From NCBI GenBank assembly GCA_963752475.1, contig CAVVYR010000007.1, positions 544,001 through 608,000 on the forward strand: DNA of 64,000 nt. The letters run 5' to 3'. Below the pieces are notes generated by a model that had not been told where the DNA came from, made no database searches, and was given only the letters and a program-made list of their open reading frames with translations. Source of the DNA: an uncultured Chloroflexia bacterium (GTDB lineage: Bacteria > Chloroflexota > Limnocylindria > Limnocylindrales > CSP1-4). The position numbers and the translations under genes are program-made. Shown here piece by piece: positions 1 through 10,203 of this stretch (positions are counted from its first letter, which is position 1; the number at the start of each line of letters is the position of its first letter).

Positions 1-51
1 AGTGGGCTAAGATGCTCAGTCGTCCTTCCCTGTCCAGCAGGAGTCCGTGCC

Positions 52-570
52 ATAGACCTCATGTTCCTCATCGAGCGACTCGATGCTCTCATCGAGCAGG
101 GTCGCCGATTCCCCGGCACCAACGCCGTGATGGTCGACAAGGTGGCTGCCACCGACCTCATCGAGCAGCTGCGTGTGGCCGTACCTGAAGAGGTGCGTCA
201 GGCCAAGCGCATCAACGAGGAGTCGTCACGGCTCGTCGAGCGTGCGCAGGATGAGGCCGAGCGCGTCATCGCCCGAGCCCAGGAGCAGGCCGCCTTCCTC
301 ATCGAGGAGCGTGAGTTGACCCGGGCCGCCGAGCAGCGTTCAGAGGAGATCGTGGACGAGGCCAAGGGCCAGGCCGCGGAGATCCAGCAGGGTGCGGACG
401 CCTACGCCGCCAACGTCCTCGTCAAGCTCGAGGGTGAGGTGGTCAAGGCGCTCCAGTCCATCCGGCGCGGCCTCTCCGCGCTCGATGAGCGCTACCCGCC
501 TGATGGCAGTGAGCCCAGCGAAGCAGACCCGGAGTCCGCGCCTGACGAGCGGACCCATGCTCAGCTATAA
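52..570 (+). CDS. DivIVA-like/ATPase-annotated coiled-coil protein (conserved upstream of DUF177-rpmF)
   Basis: LIERL...LRVAVPEEVRQAKRI...AQDEAERVIARAQ...GADAYA coiled-coil pattern; SD AGGAG (39-43) suits in-frame ATA at 52; first ATG at 61. Confidence 0.75.
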   Translation: MDLMFLIERLDALIEQGRRFPGTNAVMVDKVAATDLIEQLRVAVPEEVRQAKRINEESSRLVERAQDEAERVIARAQEQAAFLIEERELTRAAEQRSEEIVDEAKGQAAEIQQGADAYAANVLVKLEGEVVKALQSIRRGLSALDERYPPDGSEPSEADPESAPDERTHAQL

Positions 571-1090
571 CGTCACCGACCTGCTGCGCTCGGCGCCCGG
601 TACCAGCGAACGCCACGACGTCGCGGTAGCCGCGCTGCCGGTCGCGGATGGTGTCGAGCTGGCGGACCCGGTCGCGGGTGATGTCCGTCTGACCAACACC
701 GGGCGGAGCATCCTGGTTCAGGGACTGGTGCAGACGGCGCTCACGGAGCAGTGCTCGCGCTGTCTCCGTCCGGCCAAGGCCATCGTCCGTGCGGCGTTCG
801 AGGAAGAGGCGCTTCCCTCGATCGACCTCGAGAGCGGCAGCCCACTCGCCGAGGAGGAGGAGCCGGATGCACTTCGCCTCACTGACCACCATGAGCTGGA
901 CCTCGAGCCGGTCGTGCGGGACGCCATCTCGCTGGCCGAGCCGATCGCACCCCTCTGCCGGCCCGACTGCCCGGGCCTGTGTGAGACCTGCGGCGTGGAC
1001 CTGACCGAGAACCCGGGGCACGAGCACCTCGATGAAGACATCGATCCGCGGCTGGCCGCCCTCGTCGGCATCCGCGAACAGCTGAACTAG
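557..1090 (+). CDS. DUF177/YceD family protein
   Basis: CSRCL and [15 protein letters not shown] motifs, C-terminal IDPRLAAL; directly upstream of rpmF; ATG at 557. Confidence 0.9.
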   Translation: MLSYNVTDLLRSAPGTSERHDVAVAALPVADGVELADPVAGDVRLTNTGRSILVQGLVQTALTEQCSRCLRPAKAIVRAAFEEEALPSIDLESGSPLAEEEEPDALRLTDHHELDLEPVVRDAISLAEPIAPLCRPDCPGLCETCGVDLTENPGHEHLDEDIDPRLAALVGIREQLN

Positions 1091-1115
1091 TCCAAGAAGG
1101 AGAAGAGGTAATCCG

Positions 1116-1319
1116 ATGGGAGTCCCCAAGCGACGTGTCTCGAGCACCCGCAAGCGCGAACGGCGCTCGCACCACGCGCTCACGGTCCCGAGCCTGGAGG
1201 AGTGCTCGCACTGCCACCAGCCCAAGCGTCCGCATCACGCCTGCCCCAACTGCGGTTGGTACGGCGGTCGTGAGGCCGTGAAGATCCGCGAGAAGTCCAC
1301 GCCCGAGCAGCAGGCCTAG
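1116..1319 (+). CDS. rpmF: 50S ribosomal protein L32 (Zn-binding type)
   Basis: MGVPKRRVS...RRSH, CSHC and CPNCGWY; SD GAGG. Confidence 0.97.
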   Translation: MGVPKRRVSSTRKRERRSHHALTVPSLEECSHCHQPKRPHHACPNCGWYGGREAVKIREKSTPEQQA

Positions 1320-1354
1320 CCTCGTCCACCACCTGACCGAGCGAGGCGCCTGAG

Positions 1355-2488
1355 ATGGACGTCGAAGCGCTGACCCGGGACACCGCCAGCGAATACCTGG
1401 AGCGGCCACGCGTAGCGATGGACGCCATGGGTGGTGACCACGCTCCCGAGGAAGTCGTTCGCGGCGCCGTCGACTGGGCTCGCGAACACGACGATGTCGA
1501 CGTCATCCTCGTGGGCGATGAAGCGCGCATCACGCGCTTCATCGATGAGCCGCTGCCCTCGCACGTGTCCATCGTCCACGCCGGTGAGGCCGTGGGCATG
1601 GATGAGAGCCCGGCCGTGGCCGTGCGCCGCAAGAAGGACGCCAGCATCAACGTGGCCATGCGCCTGGTGCGCGATGGCCAGGCTGATGCGGTCGTGACGG
1701 CCGGCCATACCGGAGCCGGCGTGGCCTCGGCCATCCTGCACCTGAAGCGCCTGCCCGGCGTCGACCGTCCGGCTCTGGCCGTGCAGATGATCACCGAGAC
1801 CGGACCGCTGACCCTGCTCGACATCGGCGCCACCACCGACTCCACCGGCGTCAACCTCGCTCAGTACGCCCACATGGGTTCGATCTTCAGCGAGCAGGTG
1901 CTGGGCGTGACCGACCCCAGCGTGGCCTTGCTCTCCATCGGCGGCGAGCAGGGCAAGGGTGAGATCCGAGTGCAGGAGGCCACCGTCCTCCTTGCCGACG
2001 GCCACCTCAACTTCATCGGCAACGTGGAGGGCCGTGATGTGCCCCACCACCCTGCCGACGTCGTGGTCTGCGACGCCTCGGTGGGCAACGTGGTGATGAA
2101 GTTCTTCGAAGGCCTCGCCCAGGTCATCTTCGGCATGGTCGAGGAGGAGTTCCGCCGACCGCCCTGGGGACCCATGGGCTACCTCTTCATGCGCCCCGGC
2201 ATCAGCCGTATCCGCGAGCGCTTCGACTACGAGAAGCTCGGCGGTTCGCCGCTGCTGGGCGTCAACGGGACCGTGCTCGTGACCCACGGCAGCGCCAAGC
2301 GACGCATGATCGGCTACGCCGTGGAAGTCACCGCCGCGGCCGCTCGCGCCCGCATCCCCGAGCGCATCAAGGAGAAGCTGCTCGAAGAGGGTGTCGACAA
2401 GTCCACCGCCCAACGCAAGACCGCCGGACTGCACCAGGCCGGCGACTCGCTGCTGATCACCGTCGATGAGGCTGGAGAGGATGGCTGA
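1355..2488 (+). CDS. plsX: phosphate acyltransferase PlsX
   Basis: VAMDAMGGDHAP, GVDRPAL, FIGNVEGRD, GGSPLLGVNG motifs. Confidence 0.96.
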   Translation: MDVEALTRDTASEYLERPRVAMDAMGGDHAPEEVVRGAVDWAREHDDVDVILVGDEARITRFIDEPLPSHVSIVHAGEAVGMDESPAVAVRRKKDASINVAMRLVRDGQADAVVTAGHTGAGVASAILHLKRLPGVDRPALAVQMITETGPLTLLDIGATTDSTGVNLAQYAHMGSIFSEQVLGVTDPSVALLSIGGEQGKGEIRVQEATVLLADGHLNFIGNVEGRDVPHHPADVVVCDASVGNVVMKFFEGLAQVIFGMVEEEFRRPPWGPMGYLFMRPGISRIRERFDYEKLGGSPLLGVNGTVLVTHGSAKRRMIGYAVEVTAAAARARIPERIKEKLLEEGVDKSTAQRKTAGLHQAGDSLLITVDEAGEDG

Positions 2489-3017
2489 CACCGCGCCATC
2501 GCCGGCGCCCACCGTCCACGAACCCGAGCGCGAGGGCCGGCAGGTGGCGCTTGCCGCCATCTTCGAGGCTGAGTTCGGACAGCGCACCGCCACCGACGCG
2601 CTCCGCCGACGACTATCGGACGGAGACATCGGCGAGCGTGCCGGAACGCATGCTGCGCGGATCGTCGACGCCGTCGTGACGCACCGCGTCACCATCGACG
2701 AGCGCATCGAGGAGGTGGCGCCGACGTACCCCGTGGTGCAGCTGGCCCGTATCGACCGCTCGCTGCTCAGATGCGGGGTTGGTGAACTGCTACACTGCCC
2801 GACGACGCCAGCCCGGGTCGCGATATCGGAGTGGGTCGAGCTTGCTCGTACCTACAGCGGAGAGCCCACCCGGCGGCTCATGAACGGAGCTCTCGGGCGT
2901 GTCGCTCGACAGGCGACTGAAGCAGAGGTGACCGAACGGGACGTAGGGTCCCCGGCTGGTTCTGAGAGCACCACCGATACAGTGACCCAAGCCCATAGGG
3001 AGGGACCAGCAGAGTGA
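2481..3017 (+). CDS. nusB: transcription antitermination factor NusB
   Basis: [37 protein letters not shown]; ATG at 2481 after GGAGAGG. Confidence 0.88.
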   Translation: MADTAPSPAPTVHEPEREGRQVALAAIFEAEFGQRTATDALRRRLSDGDIGERAGTHAARIVDAVVTHRVTIDERIEEVAPTYPVVQLARIDRSLLRCGVGELLHCPTTPARVAISEWVELARTYSGEPTRRLMNGALGRVARQATEAEVTERDVGSPAGSESTTDTVTQAHREGPAE

Positions 3018-3256
3018 CCGCTTCGACCTACGAGCGACTCAAGAAGATCATCGTCGAGCAGCTCGGTGTGGACGAGGCCGAAATCAAGCCGGAGGCGTCG
3101 TTCGTGGATGACCTGAACGCCGACTCGCTTGACCTCGTCGAGCTCGTCATGAGCCTCGAAGAGGAGTTCGGAACCGAGATCTCGGACGAGGATGCGGAGA
3201 AGATCCGCACCGTCCAGGACGCTGTCGACTACGTCGACGAGCACCTCAACCAGTAA
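3014..3256 (+). CDS. acpP: acyl carrier protein
   Basis: [15 protein letters not shown] phosphopantetheine motif; GTGA overlap. Confidence 0.98.
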   Translation: MTASTYERLKKIIVEQLGVDEAEIKPEASFVDDLNADSLDLVELVMSLEEEFGTEISDEDAEKIRTVQDAVDYVDEHLNQ

Positions 3257-3271
3257 GTCCCACCGGGGTCG

Positions 3272-3988
3272 ATGCCAACGAGCGCCGGCGACCTCGCCGA
3301 GCGTCTCGGGCTGCGATTCCGCGACCCCGCGCTTCTGACCGAAGCGCTCGTCCATTCCAGCTATGTGAACGAGCACCCCGAGGGCACGAGCGAGTCCAAC
3401 GAACGACTCGAGTTCCTCGGGGACGCTGTCCTCTCGCTGGTCATGTCGGAGGCACTGTTCAAGCGCCACCGGGACGAACCAGAGGGGATCCTCACCACCA
3501 GGCGGGCTGCCATCGTGTCCACACAGGGCCTCGCCCGTATCGCCCGCCGACTCGAGATCGGTGACGCGCTCGTCCTCGGCCAGGGTGCCGAGAACTCAGG
3601 CGAACGTGGTCGTAGCTCGGTCCTGGCGGGTCTCTTCGAATCCATCGTGGCTGCCATCTACCTCGACCAGGGGCTCGATGCGGCTCGTGACTTCATCCTC
3701 GATGCCGCTGCGACCGAGCTCGACTCGGCCGTCTCGGCTGACGCGCTGAAGGCACCCAAGAGCCGCCTCCAGGAATACGCCTTCTCGACTACCGGGCGCG
3801 CACCCGCCTACCGCATCGTCAGCAGCGAGGGACCCGATCACGATCGCCACTTCATCGTCGAGGTCTCGGTCAACGGTGACGTCCTCGGCTCCGGCGAGGG
3901 CCGCAGTCGCCGAGAGGCGGAGACGCACGCCGCCGAAGCCGCGCTCGAGCGCATCGATACCAAGGCCACGACGGTGGTGACCACGTGA
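3272..3988 (+). CDS. rnc: ribonuclease III
   Basis: [12 protein letters not shown] signature plus C-terminal dsRBD (PKSRLQE...GPDHDR...G.G.SRREAE). Confidence 0.97.
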   Translation: MPTSAGDLAERLGLRFRDPALLTEALVHSSYVNEHPEGTSESNERLEFLGDAVLSLVMSEALFKRHRDEPEGILTTRRAAIVSTQGLARIARRLEIGDALVLGQGAENSGERGRSSVLAGLFESIVAAIYLDQGLDAARDFILDAAATELDSAVSADALKAPKSRLQEYAFSTTGRAPAYRIVSSEGPDHDRHFIVEVSVNGDVLGSGEGRSRREAETHAAEAALERIDTKATTVVTT

Positions 3989-6900
3989 GCCTGGCCCGAC
4001 TGCGTGAGCTCCGCATGGTCGGCTTCAAGTCCTTCGCCGAACGCACGACCGTGGAGTTCGGGCCGGGCATCTCGGCCGTGGTCGGCCCCAACGGCAGCGG
4101 CAAGTCCAACCTCGCGGATGCCCTGCGCTGGGCGCTCGGCGAGCAGGGTCGCGCGCTTCGCAGCCGGCGCGCCGAGGACCTGATCTTCGCGGGCTCCGCC
4201 AACCGCCGTGCCGTGGGCATGGCCGACGTCAGCCTCGTCATCGACAACGAGGACCGCCTGCTCTCGGTCGATTTCGAGGAGGTCGAGCTCTCGCGCCGGC
4301 TCTTCCGGTCGGGCGAGAACGAGTACCTGCTCAACCGCCAGCGGATCCGCCTGCGTGACCTGGTGGAGCTGCTTGACGACGCCAATATCGCCGACAACGC
4401 CTTCCTCTTCATCGGCCAGGGCATGGTCGACCAGGCGCTCGCGCTGCGACCGGAGGAACGCCGACCGCTGTTCGAGGAAGCCGCCGGCATCCGCAAGCAC
4501 CAGCGTCGTCGCAAGAAGGCGGAGAACGAGCTCTCCGAGGCCGAGTCCAACCTGGAGCGAGTGCGTGACCTGCTCGCCGAGCTGCGACCGCAGGCCCGCC
4601 GCCTGGCCGCTCAGGCCGAGCAGCAGGAAGCGCGCATGGTAGCGGGTGCCGAATTGGCCGAGGCGCTCGTGGCCGGTGCTCGCGCACGGCTGGCGGCGGC
4701 CGAGGTCGAGTCCCAGCGCCACGCCCAGTCCCTCGCTGCTTCCCGGCGCGATGCCGACGCCGCGCTCGGAGCCCTGCGCGACGCTGAGGAGCAGGCAGCC
4801 GGCTTGACCCGAGCCCTGTCCGAGCGCGCCGACGCCGAGCAGAAGCTGCGTGACCGGCTCGATGCTGCGCGTGGTGCCGTCCAGCGCATCGAGCTGGCCC
4901 AGACCCGCTCCGCCAGCGATGCCGCGGCACTGGTTCGTGACCGCCAGCGCATCGCCGAGGAACGCACCGCCGCGAGCGCACGTGCCGAAGAAGCGCGCCG
5001 GCGCATGGCCGCGGTCCTGCCCGAGCCCGATCGTGGTGCGGAGGACGCGCTCGAGCAGGCCGAGCAGCGCTTGGCGGAGGCCACGCGCGACGCGGACGAG
5101 CTGCGTGCCGCCGATCGCGCCGACGAGGAGCGTGCCGCCACCGCGCGTTCTGCCCGCCACCGCCTGGCCAGCGATTCCGAGCGAGCCGCACGTCGTGCGG
5201 CCGAAGGTCAGCGCCGCCTGACCGCACAGCAGGACCAGGTCGCCAGCGTCACCGAGACCGCGGCCACCACCGCCGAGCGGGCCGAGGGCGCCGCGGAGGC
5301 GCGTGCCAAGGCGCACGCCGCGGAGGAGCGCGCCGAGAGCGAAGCACAGGCTGCGCGCGTCAGTGCCAGCGAGGCCGACTCCGCCGCTGGTGCCGCCAAC
5401 GAGGCGTCAAGCCGCCTTCGCGCCGAGCTGGAAGGGCTGAACGCTCGACGCGAGGCCCTCGACGCTCAGCTCGAGACCGGACCAGAGGAGTCCGTGCTGC
5501 GTTCTGCCCGCGCTCGAGGTGGCCGCCGCTTCACCGACGGCCTCGAGGTGGAGCCCGACCTGCGGCTCGCCGTGGAGGCCGCCCTGGGCGAGGTGCTCGC
5601 GGGTCTGGTGGTCGACCCCGATGACGCGCGGGCACTGGCCGAAGCTTCATCGGTCATGGTCCTGCGGGATGGTGGTGACGGCCGCAGCCGGGCCGGTGAC
5701 CGCGCCGCCCAGAAGCTGACCGATCGGGTCACCGAGGTCGGTGGTGGCGCGCTGTCATCCGCGTTCCGACTCGATCCCGAGTCCCATGCCGCGCGCCTCG
5801 TTTCGCGTGTGCAGTGGGTGCCCTCGCTCGATGATGCCTTCGCCCTCCGCGAGCTCCTGCCGCCGGGCTGGCGCCTCGTGACCCGCGACGGCATCGTCGT
5901 CGATGATATCGGCATCGTGCGCCCGGCTCCGGGCGTGTCCACGCTGGAGCGCCGAGCCACTCGCGATGAGGTCGCTCGCCGTGCCGAGCGGGTGACCGCC
6001 GATCTCGAGGCTGCCACAGCGCGTGCCGAGGAGACCAAGGCCGCTCGGGCCGAGGCGGAGGCTGTCGTCGGGGCCGCCCGAGATGTGCTCGATGCGGCCC
6101 GTCGTGAACGGCGTATCGCCGATGAGGCCGACCGTTCCGCCGCCTCGGCGGCCGAGAACGCGGCTCGTGAGCTGGCTTGGCAGGAGGCCCTGCTGGAGCG
6201 CGCGCAGACCGAAGTCGCGACAGCGACCGGGGAGGCGGAGCAGCGCGCCGCCGAGCTGACCGCCTTCGACGAGAGCCAGACCGGAGACGGCGCCAGCGAC
6301 GAGGCCAAGGCCGCACTGGAGGCGCTCGAGACGCGCATCGCCGCCCTGCGCAGCGAGCGGGAGGCCGCCGCCGACGTGGCCGGAGAGGCCCGTGCCGCCC
6401 GAGACCGCGCGTTGGAGGATCGCCGCCGGGCGGAGGTCTCGTTGGGTCTGGCCGAATCGCGCATCGAGGAACTCGACCGCGATGAGGTCGCACTCAGCGG
6501 TCGTGATGCCGACCTCGTCACCGAACGAGAGCGCTTCGCGGGCGAGCTGGCCAGCGCCCAGGGCGTGCTGCAGCGCGAGAACCAGGCCTTCGAGGCCTCG
6601 GTCGCTTCCGCGCGCGGTGAACGCGAGGCGCTGATCCGAGCGGAGAACGATGCCAGTGCGGCCCGCGAACGCCTGCGCCTGGCCGAGAACCACAGCCGCC
6701 AGAGCGAGGTCGCCGAGATGGAGGCGCGCCTGCAGGTCGACGCCGCTCGCGAGGGCCTGTTGGTGGAGCTGGCCTCGATCGGTGAGGACGGACTCAAGAC
6801 GCTGCTGAGCCAGAGCGAGCAGGATCCGCCTGGCGACGTGCCCGGTGCGGAAGAGCTGCCGGAGATGCTGGAGCATGCGCTCGACGGTGCCCTCGACGCC

Positions 6901-7626
6901 TGGCGTAGCGCGAGTGCCGCCGGCGCGGAGGCACCGGAGCCGCCGACCCGCAACCGCATCGCAGCGCTCCGACGCCGCTTCAACGATGTCGGTGCCAGCA
7001 ACCCCTTCGCGGTGCAGGAGCTGGCCGAGGTCAAGGAGCGCCTGGAGTCGCTCGAGGCGCAGCGCGAGGACCTGGAGAAGGCCATCCGTGACACGCGTGA
7101 GATGATCCTTCGCCTCGAGACCCTCATGACGGAGCAGTTCCGCTCCACCTTCGAGCAGCTCGAGGGCGCTTTCGGCCGCCGCTTCCACCAGCTCTTCGGC
7201 GGTGGCGAGGCCGTGCTCTCGCTGACCGATCCGTCAGACCTGGCCTCGACCGGGGTGGAGATCACCGCGCGTCCGCCGGGCAAGAAGAAGCAGCCGCTGG
7301 CCATGCTCTCGGGCGGGGAGCGGACGCTCACGGCCGTAGCCCTGCTGATGGCCATGCTGGAGGTCCGGCCGGTACCTTTCTGCGTGCTCGACGAGGTCGA
7401 CGCCGCCCTGGACGAAGCCAACATCGGGCAATTCGGCTCAGCCCTTCGCTCCCTCGCCGAGGAGATCCAATTCGTGGTCATCACCCATAACCGCGGCACC
7501 ATCGAGGTCGCCGACGCGCTGTACGGCGTGACCGTCGGGGACGATGCGGTCAGCCGCGTCGTCTCGCTCAGGTTGGCCGATCTGCCAGAGGATGACCCCC
7601 GCCTCGTCGGCAAGGCCGCGAGGTGA
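3985..7626 (+). CDS. smc: chromosome segregation protein SMC
   Basis: GFKSF, Walker [10 protein letters not shown], long coiled coils around a hinge, [18 protein letters not shown]. Confidence 0.96.
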   Translation: MSLARLRELRMVGFKSFAERTTVEFGPGISAVVGPNGSGKSNLADALRWALGEQGRALRSRRAEDLIFAGSANRRAVGMADVSLVIDNEDRLLSVDFEEVELSRRLFRSGENEYLLNRQRIRLRDLVELLDDANIADNAFLFIGQGMVDQALALRPEERRPLFEEAAGIRKHQRRRKKAENELSEAESNLERVRDLLAELRPQARRLAAQAEQQEARMVAGAELAEALVAGARARLAAAEVESQRHAQSLAASRRDADAALGALRDAEEQAAGLTRALSERADAEQKLRDRLDAARGAVQRIELAQTRSASDAAALVRDRQRIAEERTAASARAEEARRRMAAVLPEPDRGAEDALEQAEQRLAEATRDADELRAADRADEERAATARSARHRLASDSERAARRAAEGQRRLTAQQDQVASVTETAATTAERAEGAAEARAKAHAAEERAESEAQAARVSASEADSAAGAANEASSRLRAELEGLNARREALDAQLETGPEESVLRSARARGGRRFTDGLEVEPDLRLAVEAALGEVLAGLVVDPDDARALAEASSVMVLRDGGDGRSRAGDRAAQKLTDRVTEVGGGALSSAFRLDPESHAARLVSRVQWVPSLDDAFALRELLPPGWRLVTRDGIVVDDIGIVRPAPGVSTLERRATRDEVARRAERVTADLEAATARAEETKAARAEAEAVVGAARDVLDAARRERRIADEADRSAASAAENAARELAWQEALLERAQTEVATATGEAEQRAAELTAFDESQTGDGASDEAKAALEALETRIAALRSEREAAADVAGEARAARDRALEDRRRAEVSLGLAESRIEELDRDEVALSGRDADLVTERERFAGELASAQGVLQRENQAFEASVASARGEREALIRAENDASAARERLRLAENHSRQSEVAEMEARLQVDAAREGLLVELASIGEDGLKTLLSQSEQDPPGDVPGAEELPEMLEHALDGALDAWRSASAAGAEAPEPPTRNRIAALRRRFNDVGASNPFAVQELAEVKERLESLEAQREDLEKAIRDTREMILRLETLMTEQFRSTFEQLEGAFGRRFHQLFGGGEAVLSLTDPSDLASTGVEITARPPGKKKQPLAMLSGGERTLTAVALLMAMLEVRPVPFCVLDEVDAALDEANIGQFGSALRSLAEEIQFVVITHNRGTIEVADALYGVTVGDDAVSRVVSLRLADLPEDDPRLVGKAAR

Positions 7627-8567
7627 GCGCACCTGAGGGCCGAACCCCCGCCCCCGAACGGATCCTGCTCCAGGACGCCCTGGAGCCGACGCGCCTGGGC
7701 TTCGCCGAGCGCGTGCGCAGCCTGCTCGGAGCGGGCGATCCGGACGATGAGACGTGGGAGGAGGTCGAGGAAGCGCTCATCTCGGCCGACCTCGGTGCCG
7801 AGATCGCCATCGAGGTCTGTGACCGAGCTCGCGCCCGCACGGACATCGGTCCCCAGAAGGCGCTGCAGCTGGAGCTGCTCGCCCTCTTCGCCGAACGCAA
7901 AGCCGTGCCCTGGCCGCGGATCCCGGGTCCAGGCATCCCCGCGGTCATCCTCGTCGTCGGTGTCAACGGCACCGGCAAGACCACCACCATCGCCAAGCTG
8001 GCCTACCGCTTCAAGTCCCTGGGCGCCAAGGTCTTGCTCGCCGCTGCCGATACCTTCCGGGCCGCGGCCGTCGAGCAGATCGAGACCTGGGCCGAGCGCA
8101 TCGATGTCCCGGTCGTCTCGCACGCCGCAGGCGCCGATCCATCGGCCGTGGTCTTCGATGCCATGGACGCGGCCAAGGCGCGCGGCATGGACGTCATCAT
8201 CATCGACACCGCCGGCCGGCTCCACACGAAGACCAACCTCATGGAGGAACTGGCCAAGATCCGTCGCACCATCGGCAAGCGCATCCCCGAAGCCCAGCCG
8301 GAGGTGCTCTTCGTGCTCGATGCCACCACCGGCCAGAACGGGCTGATGCAGGCGAAGGCCTTCAACGAGTCCTCCGGACTCACGGCCATCGCGCTGACCA
8401 AGCTCGACAGCACGGCCAAGGGCGGCGTGGCCTTCGCCATCGAGCGCCAGATGGACGTGCCCGTGCTCTTCGTGGGCCTGGGCGAGAAGGTCACCGACCT
8501 GCGCGACTTCGACCCCAACGCCTTCGTGGCCGCCCTCTTCGCCGTGGAGGGCGAGAACGCCGAGTAG
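7623..8567 (+). CDS. ftsY: SRP receptor FtsY
   Basis: GVNGTGKTTT, DTFRAAA, DTAGRL, TKLDSTAKGG. Confidence 0.97.
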   Translation: MSAPEGRTPAPERILLQDALEPTRLGFAERVRSLLGAGDPDDETWEEVEEALISADLGAEIAIEVCDRARARTDIGPQKALQLELLALFAERKAVPWPRIPGPGIPAVILVVGVNGTGKTTTIAKLAYRFKSLGAKVLLAAADTFRAAAVEQIETWAERIDVPVVSHAAGADPSAVVFDAMDAAKARGMDVIIIDTAGRLHTKTNLMEELAKIRRTIGKRIPEAQPEVLFVLDATTGQNGLMQAKAFNESSGLTAIALTKLDSTAKGGVAFAIERQMDVPVLFVGLGEKVTDLRDFDPNAFVAALFAVEGENAE

Positions 8568-8780
8568 TCGAAGGCCTGCTTGCCTGCTGCACACCCAGCG
8601 AGCGATCTTGACGCGACTGCAGTGATCCCTGGAGGTTCGGTTCGCGGGGTGGACCGTAGTGTCAGCCGCGCTCGCGGAGTGGGCAGGATCGACCGGAACG
8701 AGCGCCGGCACGTCGAGATCGCCCATGGGCTGAACATGGGGCGGGCTGAGGCGCCCACCAGCCACATCTGCGACCGCCGC

Positions 8781-8786
8781 TAGACT
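8781..8786 (+). promoter_or_regulatory. -10 element TAGACT, 6 nt before the ffh ATG (leaderless)
   Basis: TANNNT followed by 6 nt and ATG; no SD. Confidence 0.6.
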
Positions 8787-8792
8787 GACCGC

Positions 8793-10124
8793 ATGTTCGA
8801 CGCACTCTCCGATCGACTCCAAGCTGCCCTCGGCAGCCTCACCGGCCGCGGCCGGATCTCCGAGGAAGATGTCAACGTCGCCATGCGCGAGGTGCGCATG
8901 GCCCTGCTCGAGGCCGACGTCAACTACAAGGTCGTCAAGGACTTCGTCAAGCGCGTCAAGGAGCGTGCGGTCGGCGCCGACGTCATCGAGAACGTCAACG
9001 CCGGCCAGATGATCGTCAAGATCGTCCACGAGGAGCTGACGGCCATCCTCGGCGAAGGCGACCGCACCTTCCGCTACGACGGCTCACCCGCGGTGGTGAT
9101 GATGGTCGGCCTACAGGGCTCGGGAAAGACGACATCCGCGGCCAAGCTCGCGCGCTGGATCGTGCGCCAGGGCCGCCAGCCGATGCTGGTTGCAGCGGAC
9201 ATCTACCGCCCCGCGGCCATCGACCAGCTCAAGACGCTCGGTGCCAACCTCGAGATCCCGGTCTACAGCGCACCGGCCGGCACACCCGTCGTGCAGATCG
9301 CCACCGATGCGGTAGCCCAGGCCAAGCTGACCGGCCGCGACGTGGTCATCCTCGACACCGCCGGTCGGCTGCAGATCGACGAAGAGTTGATGGCCGAGAT
9401 CCGCGGTGTGCACACGGCGCTGGCTCCGAAGGAGACGCTGCTGGTCGTCGATGCCATGGTCGGCCAGGAGGCAGTCGCGGTGGCTGAGGCCTTCCACGAG
9501 AACACCCCGGTCAGCGGCCTCGTCCTGACCAAGATCGACGGCGACGCCCGCGGTGGCGCGGCCCTCTCGATCGCGGCCGTCAGCGGCCTCGCGGTCAAGT
9601 TCATGGGCACCGGCGAGAAGGCCGATGAGTTCGAGGTCTTCCACCCCGACCGCCTCGCCGGCCGGATCCTGGGTATGGGCGACGTGGTCAGCCTCGTCGA
9701 GCGGGCGCAGGAGGCCTATGACGAGAAGGAAGCGGCCCAGCTGGCCCAGAAGCTCGAGAAGGACGCCTTCACGCTGGAGGACTTCCTCGAGCAGATGCAA
9801 CAGGTCAAGAAGATGGGCCCACTGAGCAACGTGATCAGCATGATCCCCGGACTCGGCGGCGCGGCCAAGGATGCGCAGGACGCCATCGACCGCGGCGAGC
9901 TGGCCCAAGTGGAGGCCATCATCCGCTCCATGACCCCGGCCGAGCGGGCAGATCCCGGGATCCTCAATGCCTCACGTCGGCGACGCATCGCCAAGGGCTC
10001 CGGCACCTCGTTGCCGCAGGTCAACCGGCTGGTGAAACAGTTCGGTGAGATGCAGAGGGTGATGAAGATGATGCGGGGCAGGGGAGGCCGTATGCCGGGT
10101 CTGCCCATGGGACCGCTGGGCTAG
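8793..10124 (+). CDS. ffh: signal recognition particle protein Ffh
   Basis: ALLEADV, GLQGSGKTT, DTAGRL, DGDARGG, RILGMGD, Met-rich M domain. Confidence 0.98.
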   Translation: MFDALSDRLQAALGSLTGRGRISEEDVNVAMREVRMALLEADVNYKVVKDFVKRVKERAVGADVIENVNAGQMIVKIVHEELTAILGEGDRTFRYDGSPAVVMMVGLQGSGKTTSAAKLARWIVRQGRQPMLVAADIYRPAAIDQLKTLGANLEIPVYSAPAGTPVVQIATDAVAQAKLTGRDVVILDTAGRLQIDEELMAEIRGVHTALAPKETLLVVDAMVGQEAVAVAEAFHENTPVSGLVLTKIDGDARGGAALSIAAVSGLAVKFMGTGEKADEFEVFHPDRLAGRILGMGDVVSLVERAQEAYDEKEAAQLAQKLEKDAFTLEDFLEQMQQVKKMGPLSNVISMIPGLGGAAKDAQDAIDRGELAQVEAIIRSMTPAERADPGILNASRRRRIAKGSGTSLPQVNRLVKQFGEMQRVMKMMRGRGGRMPGLPMGPLG

Positions 10125-10203
10125 GTGTGAATCTCGCGGCATCGGTGAGATACTGGCCGTGTTGAGATCGTCCAACAGATCACACAGAGCCTCGGAGGAA
10201 CGC

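Noticed and set aside
8568-8780. SRP RNA (ffs) between ftsY and ffh
   Set aside because: CAGGATCGACCGGAACGAGC only loosely resembles helix 8; the CAGG..GGAAGG.AGCAG geometry is absent. The region remains unexplained
5466-9029. Long antisense ORFs (also 16467-18785, 25745-27778, 40646-42790, 14017-15135 and others)
   Set aside because: Shadow frames of high-GC3 genes with no family motifs
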